Assembly: GCA_002633005.1 (NCBI GenBank)
Contig: NMRA01000094.1
Location: 393,714 to 457,713, forward strand
DNA length: 64,000 nt
Source: Phoronis australis
Lineage: Eukaryota; Animalia; Phoronida
Reading direction: 5' to 3'
Shown here: piece by piece, positions 13,701-28,700 of the stretch
Numbering within the stretch: the stretch's first letter is position 1
Layout: every line of letters starts with the position of its first letter
Notes under the pieces: model-generated
What the model was told of the DNA's origin: nothing
Seen by the model: the letters and a program-made list of their open reading frames with translations, nothing else
The model's database searches: none
Position numbers and translations under genes: made by a program

Positions 13701-16700
13701 TTATTTCTGTGCGCACTTTGTTGACCTAAATGAACACAACATCCTATAGTCGAAGAGCATTTCTACAAAATTTTGAGGCTGTATTTGGAGACACTTTCAT
13801 TACTCTCCATCTCTGCACAATTTCCCTTTTTTCATGCCATAACAGCCCCATAATACTGTACAAAGATGTGGACTGAAAGTAACTTGGCACATAAATTTCC
13901 TCACTTCAAATTAATGAGGTGCCCCAGCCTACTCCCCCAAGCAATAGCCCAATGAAACCCTTAACTGCAAAAGAATGTAGCTGGGCCAAACCAACTTACA
14001 CTGTTAGTCACAGGCTTCATCTTCTCCTTGACCATAGTCTCTGATGACTTGGTCTCCTTGCCAACAGACGGAAAGATCCGTTGGAAGAATGAGAGCAGTT
14101 CTACCAGAGTAACTGGATTGGCTAGAAAACAAAGCAATTACTTCAGAACACGAGTTCCAGGTCAAATTAAATAAAAGTAAACATAGTAAAATAATATGAA
14201 AAACTCAAATCTACAATATTTATAAATCAGATCGTCCACACTGTTCCTAAGCAAATAATAAATCTTACAAATCTCTTAAAAATAATTCATTGGTCAAATC
14301 TAACGATGAGTAATGATTTCTGTCCAAATCAAGAGGCAATCATGAAGTCTCCTACAATTCCAGTAGTGAACAAAATTCCTCAGATTGACAAGTGGTCTCC
14401 AATGAACTAGAATTCCTCAGATTGACAAGTGGCCTCCAGTGAACTAGAGTGTCTGCAAGGCAGTAGAAGCACCAGACGGAGCAAAATTTTTCTCTGGAGT
14501 CAAGGATCATCAATATGAGAATAATGAGGTAACAGCCCTTCTTACATACAGTGAAATGCTCTCAAGGTGTTCACTATCTTTACAGCATACCTTGATCCAG
14601 TTGTAAGGACTGAAGTTATGCTCTCTTTGGTAAGTCCAAGACAGAAGACATTTGATGACAAGCATTTGAAACAGTGGAATGAATTTCACAAAACTTATTT
14701 GATTTCTGCACAGTACAAAACAGGATTACATACCAATGAACTCCAGACAATTGAACTGAATAGTGGCTATCTGCAGTGTTTCATCACAGGGTGTTGCAGG
14801 TTGTATCAACTCGTACTCCACAGAGATGAGCGCCTCCTCATCTGGGACCATCACCAGGTGGCAGTAGGTGTCAGGTGACACAGGGGAGGAGGGAGCAGCT
14901 TGAGAACAAGGTGCTTCCATCTGTGGCTTGTCTGGAACAAGGAAAGGAATTAATGGGTTTGTTTGGAACAAGGTATGGAATGCATTATTTGAACATGTCT
15001 TTAGTTGAAACAATGGAAGGAATATCTCATTTGAACATTAATCAGTGCAAAATCAGTGATGAAGTAGTAATTGTGGTGATGAGCTTTTAAGAAGGTTCAT
15101 TTTTCCTTTGTCAAAGGTTCCGGAGCCTGAATTATTAGCTTTATAAATTCAACTTTAAATATACTAAATTTAAATGTTTTTACTTCAGAAATCTTTGAAT
15201 TTCAGTATTTACAACAACAATTGTTATTGCAAAAGCTCAATTTTTGAGGCTCTTCTAAACTAGTTCACTGTGACAGATACTGCACTGGCAACAATCGCCT
15301 AGTTTGAAATTTCTTAGCAAATAATTTTGATGCTCAATACCTGAAGAATTTCCTATGAAACTTGTAAAAGCAGCAGTGACGGCATTCTGTAGTGACGTGG
15401 TCATCCCAGTGGTGGCGCTACTGAGCATGGTTTCACCGGGGGAGTGCAGTGAGCGTGGAGACGAGGGGCTCTGCGGTGACAGTGGAGACATGGCCATGTC
15501 AGGGGAGCCAGGTTCAGAGCCACGGATACTGCCACTCTTGGTGTCCAAACTGCACACACATTACAGAGAAATGTACACAAACAAGTCCAACTTTCAAAGC
15601 AACTGAGAGTAGACACAAGCAGAACACAGCGGCCATTGTTCGACTTGAAATAAGCGATGTAAGAATTAACTTGTACTTGAAACAAGTCTGAACAGCACAG
15701 TGGTTTGGGCTGTAACCATTTATTGGTACTCTCATAAGGCAAGTTAGCTGTCTAAAGATAACACTACTGACTCATCAGAGTTCATCAATTATTTCACTAA
15801 CTTGCCTCATTTGAGTCTGCTTTGGGTAGATGTTAGGCTTGAAAGCATAGTTATACACATGAGATGTTCGACAAAATATACTTTTTGGCATTTATCAAAG
15901 CTACTCTGCTTGTAATGACGTTGGCTTGCAAGCAGAAAGTACTGTACATTGACATAAATGATACACTTTCGTACAGTACCGTACAATGACATAAATGATA
16001 CACTTTCGTACAATACTTACTGTTTAAAACATGCGGTGCTAATGGAGATAAAAACCACTTTCACCAATATTATTTTGAGTGACAACATGCTCGTCAATAA
16101 TGAGTGGACCGGCCAAGAAGTAACCAGCCACATCACAAAATCCAAATGTTAAAGACAAGTAAACCCAGGTTCTTTGTGCATCTTTGCAAGCAGCAAGACA
16201 ACAACTCCAGCAAGTGTTAACCAGAATAATTTGAGTGATTTGCAGTGTCAGTTTACCTGAGTCTTCATTTTACTTCCAAAATCAGACACATCTGTAAAAT
16301 GCTCTCTGAATAGTTCAAATAAATGCAGTTACCTGAGGTTCTTGTGTGATGCGACGAGCAGTTCAAAGTCAGGTCCATAGGTCTGTATGGCATCAGCAAT
16401 GAGTAGACTATGAACAGACATGGAGACGGACATGTTGAGGGGTCGTTTGGTGAAGGTGGCGTGAACACCTGACACCTGCAGTTCAGCAGCACTCATACCT
16501 GGACGGAAAGAATGAACGTCAGGTGGTGATGTGGACACTCATTGGAGGCCAGGCGGGCACAGGTAAACAACATTTAATTAAATATGAATCTGTCAATTTG
16601 AGAAAGAAACAATTTCCTCAGGAAAGCATGTTATGCTTTGGTATACACATTTACATTGATGATCTTCTTTGCTTCAAAATAACACTACACTTGCATGGTC

Positions 16701-19700
16701 GAATTTTAAAGACAATGATAGAGCTCCCAATTTTGAGATTAAGGTTAAGGATAATAAAAAATATGGTTATGTTATCAATGAAAACATTAATGCTAAGCAT
16801 AATTCATGCTTAAAAACTACTAATTTACCACTTAACACAGTGCTAAAATTGTAATTTGAAACTGCCCACACCAAACTATGGGTGAGTTTGGTAGACGAAA
16901 AATGGACTCTGTTACAGTAGAACCAAGTGACCATTATTTTTACTCAATAATCAGAAGCATAGTTACGTCACCTTTACTCTGTATCTCCAAGGTCATCTTG
17001 TTAATAACAAACTGCATGACCACTAGCTGTGACCTATCTAATGCTTGTCTTGGGCTCTTTTGGTCCATTCCACTTGTCAAACTGAAATAGTTGTCATTGA
17101 TAAATAAAAAATTGTAAAAATTTTAACAGCAGTAGGAGGATACATCTAGAATATAATTACCAAAACTACTTGTTTTTCACATACTCTTTACAAAAGAGCT
17201 GTGTGAATGTAACAAACTCAAATGTAGATTAAGATCGAACAGTTATCAGTCTATAGCAACTGTGCAGTACATTGCAGTAATAATCAGATGCTATGACTTT
17301 AAATTGCCGGCATGACGCCAGAGGACTAGGGGAGCTGTATCAAACCACCATGATGACTTATAACAATTAGTGAATCAGGAAGAGTATTTTGTTTTATTAA
17401 CTTTGGCATGTACTATGGTCATATTATACTTTATTGAAACTAAACTAATCAACAAAAAGAACGCAGCTTAGATCTGGTTATAACACAAAAAGACATGACA
17501 AACAGTAGGTAACAATACCAACATTCCAACTTAATTTATAAATACAAACGATTTGGACTGAAAATGCCTCATTCAACAAAAAGCCATCTATAGTTCTGTT
17601 AAGTCAGTAACAACTCACTTGCTGCTGCTTGGCTGCCTGTCTCGGGATGTGAAATACATGCTTTTATTAGTCATGGCAGACTTAGTCATTGTGTCATTTG
17701 ATGAGGGCTTAGGGGCGCCACCTACAGCGGGGATTAGGCACTTGGACAGGGCTGCCACCTGCAATTGAAAATAAATCCAAACGAGTGAGACAGCCAACAA
17801 GACATACTCCAAAACCACAATGCAGAGCCTGCAAGCACAGCTTTATACTAGTGACCACAGGAGTGTGTGCAGTGGGCATATCCATTACCAATAAATTAAG
17901 CCTTAAAATGGAAATGTAACGAATACCAAAAGTGTACCTATTATGAACTTCTGCACATCATTATTTTCATGGGGTGGTCAGTATGAAATGCATCTTGTCA
18001 AAAATTAAAAAATGCTGAAACTTATTTAGTTCTGGCTTCTGCCGAAACACATTAAGAACATCATCCAATCAATTTCCCATAGTCCTCCTTTTTTATTCAA
18101 CTTTTAAAACCTTTAGCCAGATAATGCAATAACAATCATTGTACTAGGTGTCATTCATGTAGACCTGCACACATATGAAATATTTTGTGACAGGAACAGT
18201 AGTGCTGCCTTCACCTTCTGTTCGTTGACATGTAGCATGAGACAGGGAAGTGTTCCAGCCAACTTGGCACTGGGATACTGTACATCAGAAGTTGAGAGGA
18301 GACGGCGGTCATACTGAACAGACACTGTGAACTTGTCCACAATGTGCAGATGACTGGTCCCTTTGAAGTGGGCATGGCGCCAGTTCTCACGCACACGACC
18401 TACCATGACCTGCAGGTCAGACAGGTCAAGGAGATACCTGGAGATAGAAGATGTTGGGTGGATGATAGAAGCAAACACACATGGGGCGTCTTAACGTGGA
18501 TGGATCCAGTTTGATCCTAAATGGTGAGCAGTGAGGTCATGAAAAACAAAACAGCTTGCCAGTTATGTCTATATTGAGCTTCAACGGGTCAAAAATGGCC
18601 ACCTCCAAAGCATGATGAAAAATGAAGTTGTACACCGAGTCAGATATAATACTTCATTCTGACCACAGTAAAGTCGTGGCAACCACGAAGTATTAAAAGA
18701 AGCATGAACTACATGTTTCAGCATTTTAATATGAATTTTTGAAAGTGAAGGTTGGTTACTGGAATCCACATATTGTTAAATAGTGCAAAGTATTTTTCTT
18801 TTTACTTTGAAAAGTAAAAATTTACTAGTTCAGTAAAACCCCCACTGTGTCACGCCCACCCACACACGGGGGAAAACGTGACACACTGCGAGCACTGTTT
18901 TTCGTGACGTCACTGAGGCTGTACAGCATAAAGAGATAGGTCATTAGCCATGTGAGTACAAAGTCCAGTCGACAGATCAGCATGTACATACCCACAACCT
19001 TTTTCCTTTTTCTTTCCTATAATGTTGATTCACCCCAGGGCCTAGCAAGCCAGCTAGCTGTATGAAGACTATTTTCAAAATAGCCTTGGGTACCAGACTG
19101 AGTAATACTGTGTGATGAGCTCCGTTAGACTCACACATCCAGGGTAGTTCTGCTCCTCACCTCATCCCGAAACTTATATCAAGATGAAGAGCTATAATCC
19201 GGCAGGGGAGCGTGCAAATATCTGGGTGTATACGACACTCACCTTGCCCACTGAAGCTGTTTTAAGTGAAAAACAATCTAGCTTTTTATCTCATAATTCT
19301 CAGCCTTTTGTATCAAAGCAAACAGTATGCTCAACACGCGCTATTTCTTAAAACTTTGCAAAATCTGTCGGGAGATGATGACAGCTTCGCAAGAGCAAAA
19401 TTTGTTCTGAAATTCGGTTTCCTGGTATTAAAATACTAAAAACTTGTAAGGAAATGAAGTCAGCTCTAATAATTTGTTGTGACGTATATGCAACGTTGAA
19501 GAACAGTTCGATCGCTTGTTATACATGAAAGAAAAATAACTCGTGGAACAAAACTGGCCAATAAGGCAACAGGTGACGGAGCCGAAAGCCGACCTGAAAG
19601 AGCGCACCCAAATTTTAGCAGCAGAGTGAACAACAGAACGCCAATTTTTTCAACTGCACCAGAAAATAATTTAGTTTACTCAAGAGTAATTTTTAATGAC

Positions 19701-22700
19701 ACTAATATTGTGTCAGATTTTATCTCATCAGTTTTTACCCACGTCAGTGCAACGGCTGTATATTTAGTATACAGCTTGCACCAAGGCAAGGCTACGCAGT
19801 CGGGGCCCTTTCCTGGCCTGATGCCGAGAACAGCATCATTCCACTAATAGTCCACACTACATGGCAGTAAACTTGTATCATGAGCTTTTGAGAGCCAAGA
19901 TCGCAGACAAGTTACACATTGAGCACAGTTCTGTAGCTGAGAGGCATTCACCCAATGAGCTATAAACATACTAAGTTTAATTTATCTCATTGCCTTCACC
20001 CACGGTACTGCCTCAGTGACGTCAGACTTGCATTAGCCAATAGGAATTAACAAATTTTGGAAAAATGCTTTTTACAAAAATGTGACAGAATAACAAAGAC
20101 GTGATTTCTGATGTAGATTATTCTTAAATTAAATTACATTAACAATGCATGTTATCGTACTTCAAGAACCATTTAAGTTACCTTATTTCATGCGTCATCA
20201 CAAATATTACACCAGAACAACCAACTTTGCTATTGGTTGAAATGGGATGTGCCAGGGTCATAGTCATATTACCAATGCAACTTTCAAATGAATATAACAT
20301 AACACTATCCAGCACATGCTCCAGTCAACAGGCACTATAATCAGTAGCAGCAAACTCAGGGATCCAAAATGAGTTTGTTTAACCACTAACTTTTGCAATC
20401 CCCAGAACTACCTCTAAAATAATCTAGATCAAAAGCAATCAGAGTAAACTATACAATATAATGACATTTTCTTTATTATTATTACCTGTCATAGAGTCGA
20501 TCATACAAGTCTTTCTCAGTTATACCCTCCTCAAGTACTGCAGACAGAGACTGCTTCATGCCCACACTGTCAACTATGTCTACACCAGGCTCAGTCTCAT
20601 TAGGGGGAGATGAACAGGGTGTCTCAAAGGCATCTACAAACAGAAAGCAAACCCTGACATCTCAAAGGCATCTACAGACAACAACCCCAGGGAGAGTCAA
20701 GGCATCTACAGAAAACAACCCAGGGACAGTCAAGGTATCAATAGACAGCAACCCCTGGGACAGTCGAGGCATCTACAGACAGCAACCCCTGGGACAGTCG
20801 AAGTATCAACAGACAGCAACCCCTGGGACAGTCAAGGCATCTACAGACAGCAACCCTGGGACAGTCACGGCATCTACAGACAGCAACCCCTGGGACAGTC
20901 GAGGCATCTACAGACAACAACCCCTGGGATAGTCGAGGCATCTACAGACAGCAACTCCTGGGACAGTCGAGGTATCAACAGACAGCTACCCCTGGACTGT
21001 CGAGGCATCTACAGACAGCAAACCCTGGGACAGTCAAGGCATCTACAGACAGCAAACCCTGGGACAATCAAGGTATCAACTTGATAATAAACTAAAACCA
21101 ATAGTACAGTAATTGGCTTCCTAACCCAACTTGTAGCCTACTGTACAACCTATACCATAAATTTCTAAAATCATGATGCTTCACGAATAAATGATTTGAT
21201 CAAACTTTAAATATTATGAAAGCTGTAATGATGTATTTTGCAAGGTGAACAACTCATGATTTTAACAAGAGTTGACACACAGGCAAAAAAAATGTTTCTC
21301 TAAGTTGGTAAGTAGTACAATATTATTATATACAACACTTTCTTTCAAATACGAGTACATAATTATCTTATGCTGCCTTGTAATGTTCCAGGTTTTAAGA
21401 CCTAGCCATAAAACATGACATTGAAAGGACAGACATAGTTAAACAGGCCAGTTGACAGTTACCTTCTGTGTCATCAGACACTGTAGTCGATGAAGCTTTG
21501 GATGGAAGGTTGCACTTGTTTTTAAGCAGGAGACGGCCAAAGTCAAACACAACAAGAATGGAATTAGTGTCGAGAAAGTTCTCCGGGACAATAATTTTTG
21601 GAGCAGCAATGTCAAGGTCAACTGCAAACCTTTTGGCTGTTATCTGAAAAGAGTAGTCATAACATCAAGCAAGATTCCAAAAGCAATGTTGTCAGATGGC
21701 ACAAAATGAATGAATATCCCTCCATATTGAATACTACAGACCCAAGACAATGACCAACAATGAATGCCTACTCTAAGCACAAGATCACATTACTATACGC
21801 ATTTCATTTATCTACTTGCTTACTATGCTCAACATGAAGTTCATTGTCAAACTTCCAAAATTTTTTCACAAAATTCAATATTCACATGTTGGATTTTAAA
21901 AGTATACCAAACCCCGTATTGGCCTATCAATAGATATTACCAATGACTGTCTCATCCAGCTATCTAAAACCAAACAAGTCTCTGTAACGCTCATTAACCC
22001 TCAAAAGTTTGTACCAAATCTGAAAAGACCATTCAGGGTGCAACCTTCAATTTTGGTGCACCTTGTAGCTCCTTGCTAACCTTTATCAACTGTTCTCCCT
22101 CTCCATTACATGCAATTTTGCTTTTTGTGCCTCAGTAGAACATGTCACCACTGCTCGACTCCAAATCATCTGCTAATGATTTGCTTAAGAAGCTGTTTAT
22201 GCAAAACAGTTAATAAATGTCCGCTGTTGAAACATTTTAAACTAGCTGCCGTACTTTGTACTTTCACCAGTGGCTAGGTTGTTTTTTCACAGGTTGAAAA
22301 TTCTACACAATAAATTTTCAACAAAGAAAAATGGCCCTTGGAATTAAATGCTACATTCTTCTGCATTTTAAAGACATACTGAGCGATGCTGAGGTAACAT
22401 TATTATTACTTTTAGAACATCTCGTTTTATACAAAATGGTGAGTGCTGAGTGCTTACATTTAATTTTGTGACAATCACAAAATTTGAGAAACGAAAAAAG
22501 ATAAACTTATTGCTTCTGTGGAAATTAAATTGGCTCAATAAAATATTAATGAATTTGACCTGCTAATGTAGCATTCAACATAACATTTACTGTGTAGCTA
22601 TACAGTAGATTGACTTGAGCTCATCAGATGACTTATCTTGATTATCTAAGTACCAGACTATAGAATTTGGAGATATTTGAATAGGGGAGCAGATGATGCA

Positions 22701-25700
22701 AAACAATTCTACAGTGTTGATCCACTGACCTCTTGACCCTCCAGGAACTGATCCAGTGTCTGGCGTAGCTCCACTTTAGTCTGTTGCTTCAGCTCCTCAT
22801 AACGGTTGATGGCAGCAGCTGAACAGAAGACACAATATTACATACTAATCAAACACATGAATCAGGGCATCCCAGGCACTACAGTTTAACACAGTCATAC
22901 AATAATAAAAACATATTTATTGCAGGCGGTCTGGTATACATTGTACCAGCCGTGCTCAGGTAGATCCATCGTAATGACCACCTGGAGCCCTATATATTAT
23001 ATTTTATAGTTAAAACCCAACTGATGAGCTAGAGGCCTGACTTTGACAGTGTCCTTAAAGAAAGAGGACACTTCTCCCACTCAGCCACAATGCTGCCTGC
23101 AACAGATCCAACAGATATACACTATTTTTTCAATTATCACTTTCTTGTATCACTTTGTCACACTGAAGTCAACACTTCTCTCACGAGATTCAATTATCAT
23201 AAACACATAAATGTGATGTACACTAAAGGTGAGTAGGTTACCACATCACTGGTAACTAAAGTTCATAATTACACCCCATGACCAGTTACATCCCAACTGA
23301 CTTTGAGGGTACACCAACTGGAACAAGAAATCCCAAGGTGCTTGTGGTTCTCTACAGTTGTAGGAGTTTATTTGTGGAGTTAAGTATAATCTGATAGAAG
23401 CTGAGGCCTATTTGTGGACTAAAGTATAATATGATGGAAGGCGGAGCTTATTTGTGGACTAAAGGATATGCTGGAAGGCGGGGCTTATTTGTGGACTAAG
23501 TATAATATGATGGAAGCCGGAGCCTACTTGTGGACTAAAGTATAATATGATGAAAAGCAAAGCCTATTTGTGGACTAACGTATAATATGACGAAAGGAGA
23601 ACCCATTTGTGGACTTAAGCACAATATGACGGAAGGCAGGGCCTATTTGTGGACTAAAGTAAACAACCAACACTATTTCAAGGTTGCCTTTTACTCATAA
23701 ATGTTGAGATAACCCTGATAGAACCAGTACAATACACTGTATTATCTTGATAACTCTGATAGAACCAGTACAATACACTCACTGTATTATCCTGATAACC
23801 CTGACAGAACCAGTACAATATACTATATTACCCTGATAACCCTGACTGAACCAGTACAATACATGTCTGTATTATCCTGATAACCCTGATAGAACCAGTA
23901 CAATACACTGTATTACCCTGATAACCCTGACAGAACCAGTACAATACACTGCGTTATCCTGATAACCCTGACAGAACCAGTACAATACATGTCTGTATTA
24001 CCCTGATAACCCTGACAGAACCAGTACAATACACTGTGTTAACCTGATAACCCTGACAGAACAAGAACAGTACAAGAACATCGAAACCATCAGCAACTCA
24101 AAAAAGCTTCAGAGTTTATTGGGGTTGACCAATCTCAAAACTGCAAAAATGTACGCATTGACTATGACTTAAGTTTCAGTCTCATTGATCACAAATTTTA
24201 TGTCCATTCAGCGCAATACTGTTTTTAGAAACAAAAACCGCTTCATTAACAAACGAGTTTAACATTGATAGCTATACAGTGGCAAAATGGCCCTTTAAAA
24301 ACTCCATTCTACCTTCTTGAGATGACCATTAGTCAACTATATTTTCTAGAAATGATATCAAGGCATTCAATCTTCAATCATTTTTAGATCGCGTTGGTTG
24401 CAGTTTTAGGTGGCTGCATCAGCGTATTAGGTGTGGAGGCATGGGAGGCAGTTGCAATTTAGATTCAGGCATGGGAGGCAGTTGCAATTTAGATTCAGGC
24501 ATGGGAGGCAGTTGCAATTTAGATTCAGGCATGGGAGGCAGTTGCAATTTAGATTCAGGCATGGGAGGCAGTTGACCCTTAGAGTAAGGCAAACAGTAAT
24601 AAAACTTCAGGCAGAACACAAAAAAATTCACGCAGCAGAACATCCAAGTGGAAAAATACAGTATTTATTTATTTATTTATTATTGTGATACTTAAAATGA
24701 GGGGGGCCTCTTCAGTGATAGCACTACTTTCCAAGAGGGGGGGTGAAAGAGATATAAGGGGGGGTGAAATCATGGGCAACTGGGGAATCAGTAGCAACAT
24801 GGGAGGGGGAGAAAGTTATGTCATATGCCCCCCATGACCTATGTCATACGGCTTCACAAAAGAAAATAAGGGTGGGGTCGAGTCGAGTCCAAATTGGCGA
24901 TGGAATTTTTTACCAAAAGTGATCTCAGTAATGTCTGATTAGGCAATTTTTGGGAAACATTTTTAAAGACTGCCGAACAGAAATTTTCCCATTGTGTGAC
25001 TGGTATTTCGAAGAAAAAAACAAAGTACAAACTTTTGTCAATGTACCGCCATTTCGTCACTGGCAAGCTCTCTTTCTGGTCACAAGAGGGTGATGCAAAG
25101 ATTCCCATAAAGCCTGGTGAGTGCATCGGTCAGGCATGCGCACTCCCGTCAATGGAACAAGAATTTATAGATTTTTACATGTAACCGTTAAGTGAGCTTT
25201 CACTCAATTGTCACACGCACGCACGCACGCACACACACACACACCTACACACAGACACACACACCTGTAATGTGAAGTTCATTCAACTTCTCATCATCCA
25301 TGTTTGGTTTGAAGAACTCAGACAGTCTCTGCATGGCGTTGCGATTGTAGATGATATCGAGAGGCTTCGTCTTGACAGCAAACCTGGCTCCAACAAGGGA
25401 ACAACTTTTTATTCGAATTATCAATTAAAACTACATGCATCAGACATTCACTACATATATTTTCAATGATTATTACAAAAATTACGAGTTAAGCCCATAA
25501 AGAATTAGAAAGCGTTATATCTGAGTGTACTGACAATCAATATTTATCTGATTTGAATCTAGCCTGAACAGCAGTATCATGCCAAACATGAGGGAACGCC
25601 TTCTTTTGCAGCTCTAGAACAAGCAGCACTGGTATAATACATACCTAAACCATGAAAAATCAATCATGATAAATTTCAATCTAAACAAACCGTATCACTT

Positions 25701-28700
25701 TGATAAAGAGACAATAAGTAGCAGCCACCAATGATAAAAGTTGACACAAGTATACAAGGGAACATGACTGGCACTATTATTGGCATCTAGATGCAGTTGT
25801 CACTCATTGCTTCCTTGCAATTTCCCCTCCAATAACACATACCTGTAATCAGCCTTCAACCCTGGTGGGTTGATTTCACAGGTAAGTTCAAACAAAGTCT
25901 CATTGCTGGGTTCATCTGCAAATGCCCCCTCAGGTTGGAAGTAGGAGAGTGGAGAAGAGCTGGCAGCCCGCCCCACGATAGGAAACGACTTCACATGTGG
26001 CAGGAGGAGGCCCCTCTCCTAAAATGCAACCACTCACTTAACTACACAATTCACAATGTCTACAGTAATTGACCTATCGCAAGCTCCGCCCTCTTGCGTA
26101 ATGTCGATGGACAAAAAATAACTTATACCCGGCAACGTGTTGTTTGTCAGGTAAAATTGCGGCTTGGAAATAAAGGTGTGTCAATAATGTTGCATTCTAA
26201 ATGGTCAGTTAATCCATCACTCGCCAAATATCAATTGGCAGTTGGCTTCCAATACTCTTCACAATGCTGTTAATACAAATCACAAAAGGTGACTAGAACT
26301 GAGCTCATTGTCAACATCGTTGTGTGCTGGGTTTTTTCAGCTATCTTCAAATAAGCCACTTTTGGATGCATTCAACTCTCATTGAGTAAACACTTCTCTA
26401 CTGACTGACAATTGGCTTTCTGTTTCATCATATTAAGGAAAATGCGACTGACACAAAGGAAGTTCACCACTGATGTCTGATTGCCCTGTCCGATATTTGA
26501 AACCTGGTGAAATCTCACGCCCCTTTTGCGAATGATACAACACAATCCAATTATGTACATTCTAATATGAAATGATTAATAACAAAATACTTATAAACAA
26601 AAATAATAACTCAGACAATCTCAGAGCAGGCTGCTATCAAGCTTAACTATGCTGCAACTTGACTGTAATATGAAAGTACAAAACAAATACTTATGACCAC
26701 ACCTTGCTTTGAGGGGAAACAAGAACAGGGAACAGAGATCCAGCGGTGATTTTGTCTGTCAGTCGTAAACCACCAACAGCAATGCCAAACAGCATAGAAC
26801 TGGATCGGGGTCGCGAGACGAATGTGATGCCGATTCTGGAACATTCTAGCTCCATTAAGCTTTGACGCCTCCTGGTGGTAGACTTATCAGAGAGCAGCTT
26901 GAATGAGCCGCTCTGAAGAGTGAAGTGAAGCTTGGCAAAGACTGTGTCACGTTTCAACAGGGTGTTGTTCTCAACTGAGTCTTCAATCACGTCAAGGATC
27001 TCTTGCTCTGAATGAAGAAGTCAACTGTTAACTTGTGAATTATTAATGCCTCACTCAAGAAAAAGCCCTTCAAAGGTAGAAGTCAAAGTTGAGAATTCAA
27101 ACAAAATTTTTTTAGTTAATCTAAGACATCACACAGAAGTTATGCCTGATAGTGACTTAGTAAAATGTACATTAGACTTTCAGTACACACCAAAAACAAT
27201 CAGAAAAATGACCCAAAATTCCCAGTCATGCGTGCAAGCGGAATTCATCATCAAAGATTCATCACGGCAGTAAAACAGTATTTTGTATGATTACGCTTGG
27301 CGTGTACTATACTAATAACGAGTCAAAATATAACGTTTTTATCAACAAGGCATAGAACAAGAGCGGAAAGCATTACTACACAAGCGTAACAAAACCAACT
27401 TTAAATTGAGCAGTACTATGTTACCAATTTGGGCCTCGACTTCCTCAATCTTTGCTGCATCTACTGCCCTTGTGGTGCCCTCTGTTGGCAGGGTTTCACT
27501 CTGTTGACTAGAGTAGCCAGTCCAGCCAGGGAACCATCGCTGGAACAGTCCAGGTTGACTGCTCACAGGGGGTGCAGGCGGAGAGCCAGTGGACTGGGAT
27601 GCAGTAGAGGTGGACGCAGGCTTGGCTGTCTGCACAGTTACCTACAGTAAACAGAGAGGAGTAGCAAGATCAAGGTGAATTTGTGAAGAGTGTTCAGCCA
27701 ATAACTCAAATTAATCACTTTTACTCTCTTCAGCACCACAAAGTGTGCAAACCAATCAAAAATTACCTTTTTACATTGATTAACTCATCTTTTTCATCAT
27801 CCTAATAAAAAGTCCTATCAAACCAAAATTCACCCATGACAGACTGAACATGACGCTGCACACACTGAACATGTTACCAACAAACCAAATAGCACACTCA
27901 CCCCACCATGCACTACTCACCTCCTTCCACCTGCCAGCCTTCTTCACCTGTTCCACAGCCAATTCACGCAGGATCTTGAGCTCCTCAAATGTCAACTCAT
28001 CCTCGATCATGTCCACCATTGTCTGGTAAACATATCAGAGAAAGAATGTTTTAGGAACTTGAAGGAACTTCATCAGCCAAGAACCACTTCCACATTGAAA
28101 CAAGGCTTGAGACAGTGTTCTCACTTACCAGACGGTAAGGCTTGAGACAGTGTTCTCATTTACCAGATGGTAAGGCTTGAGACAGTGTTCTCACTTACCA
28201 GATGGTAAGGCTTGAGACAGTGTTCTCACTTACCAGACGGTAAGGCTTGAGACAGTGTTCTCACTTACCAGATGGTAAGGCTTGAGACAGTGTTCTCATT
28301 TACCAGACGGTAAGTCAATAAGAAATCCATGCAGACACAAAAGCTGGTGATTTTCAGAGAAAATAACAAATATAGTAAGTAGCCAATCCATGCTTTGATG
28401 CTGACTGGATTTCAGGCCACTGATGGTGGCATAGCTACTGATGTTGGCATAGCTACTCCTGGTAACATAGCTACTCCTGGTAACATAGCTACTGATGTTG
28501 TCATAGCTACTCCTGGTGACATAGCTACTCCTGGTAACATAGCTACTGATGTTGGCATAGCTACTCCTGGTAACATAGCTACTCCTGGTAACATAGCTAC
28601 TGATGTTGGCATAGCTACTCCAGGTAACATAGCTACTCCTGGTAACATAGCTACTGATGTTGTCATAGCTACTCCTGGTGACATAGCTATTGATGGTGGC

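Noticed and set aside
19081-19794. Element with tagccttg...caaggcta ends
   Set aside because: Only an 8-bp inverted match and no TSD; probably a TE but cannot be delimited
24419-24688. ([10 protein letters not shown])n and ([10 protein letters not shown])n ORFs resembling neuropeptide precursors
   Set aside because: 30-bp intronic tandem repeat; no signal peptide or supporting gene structure
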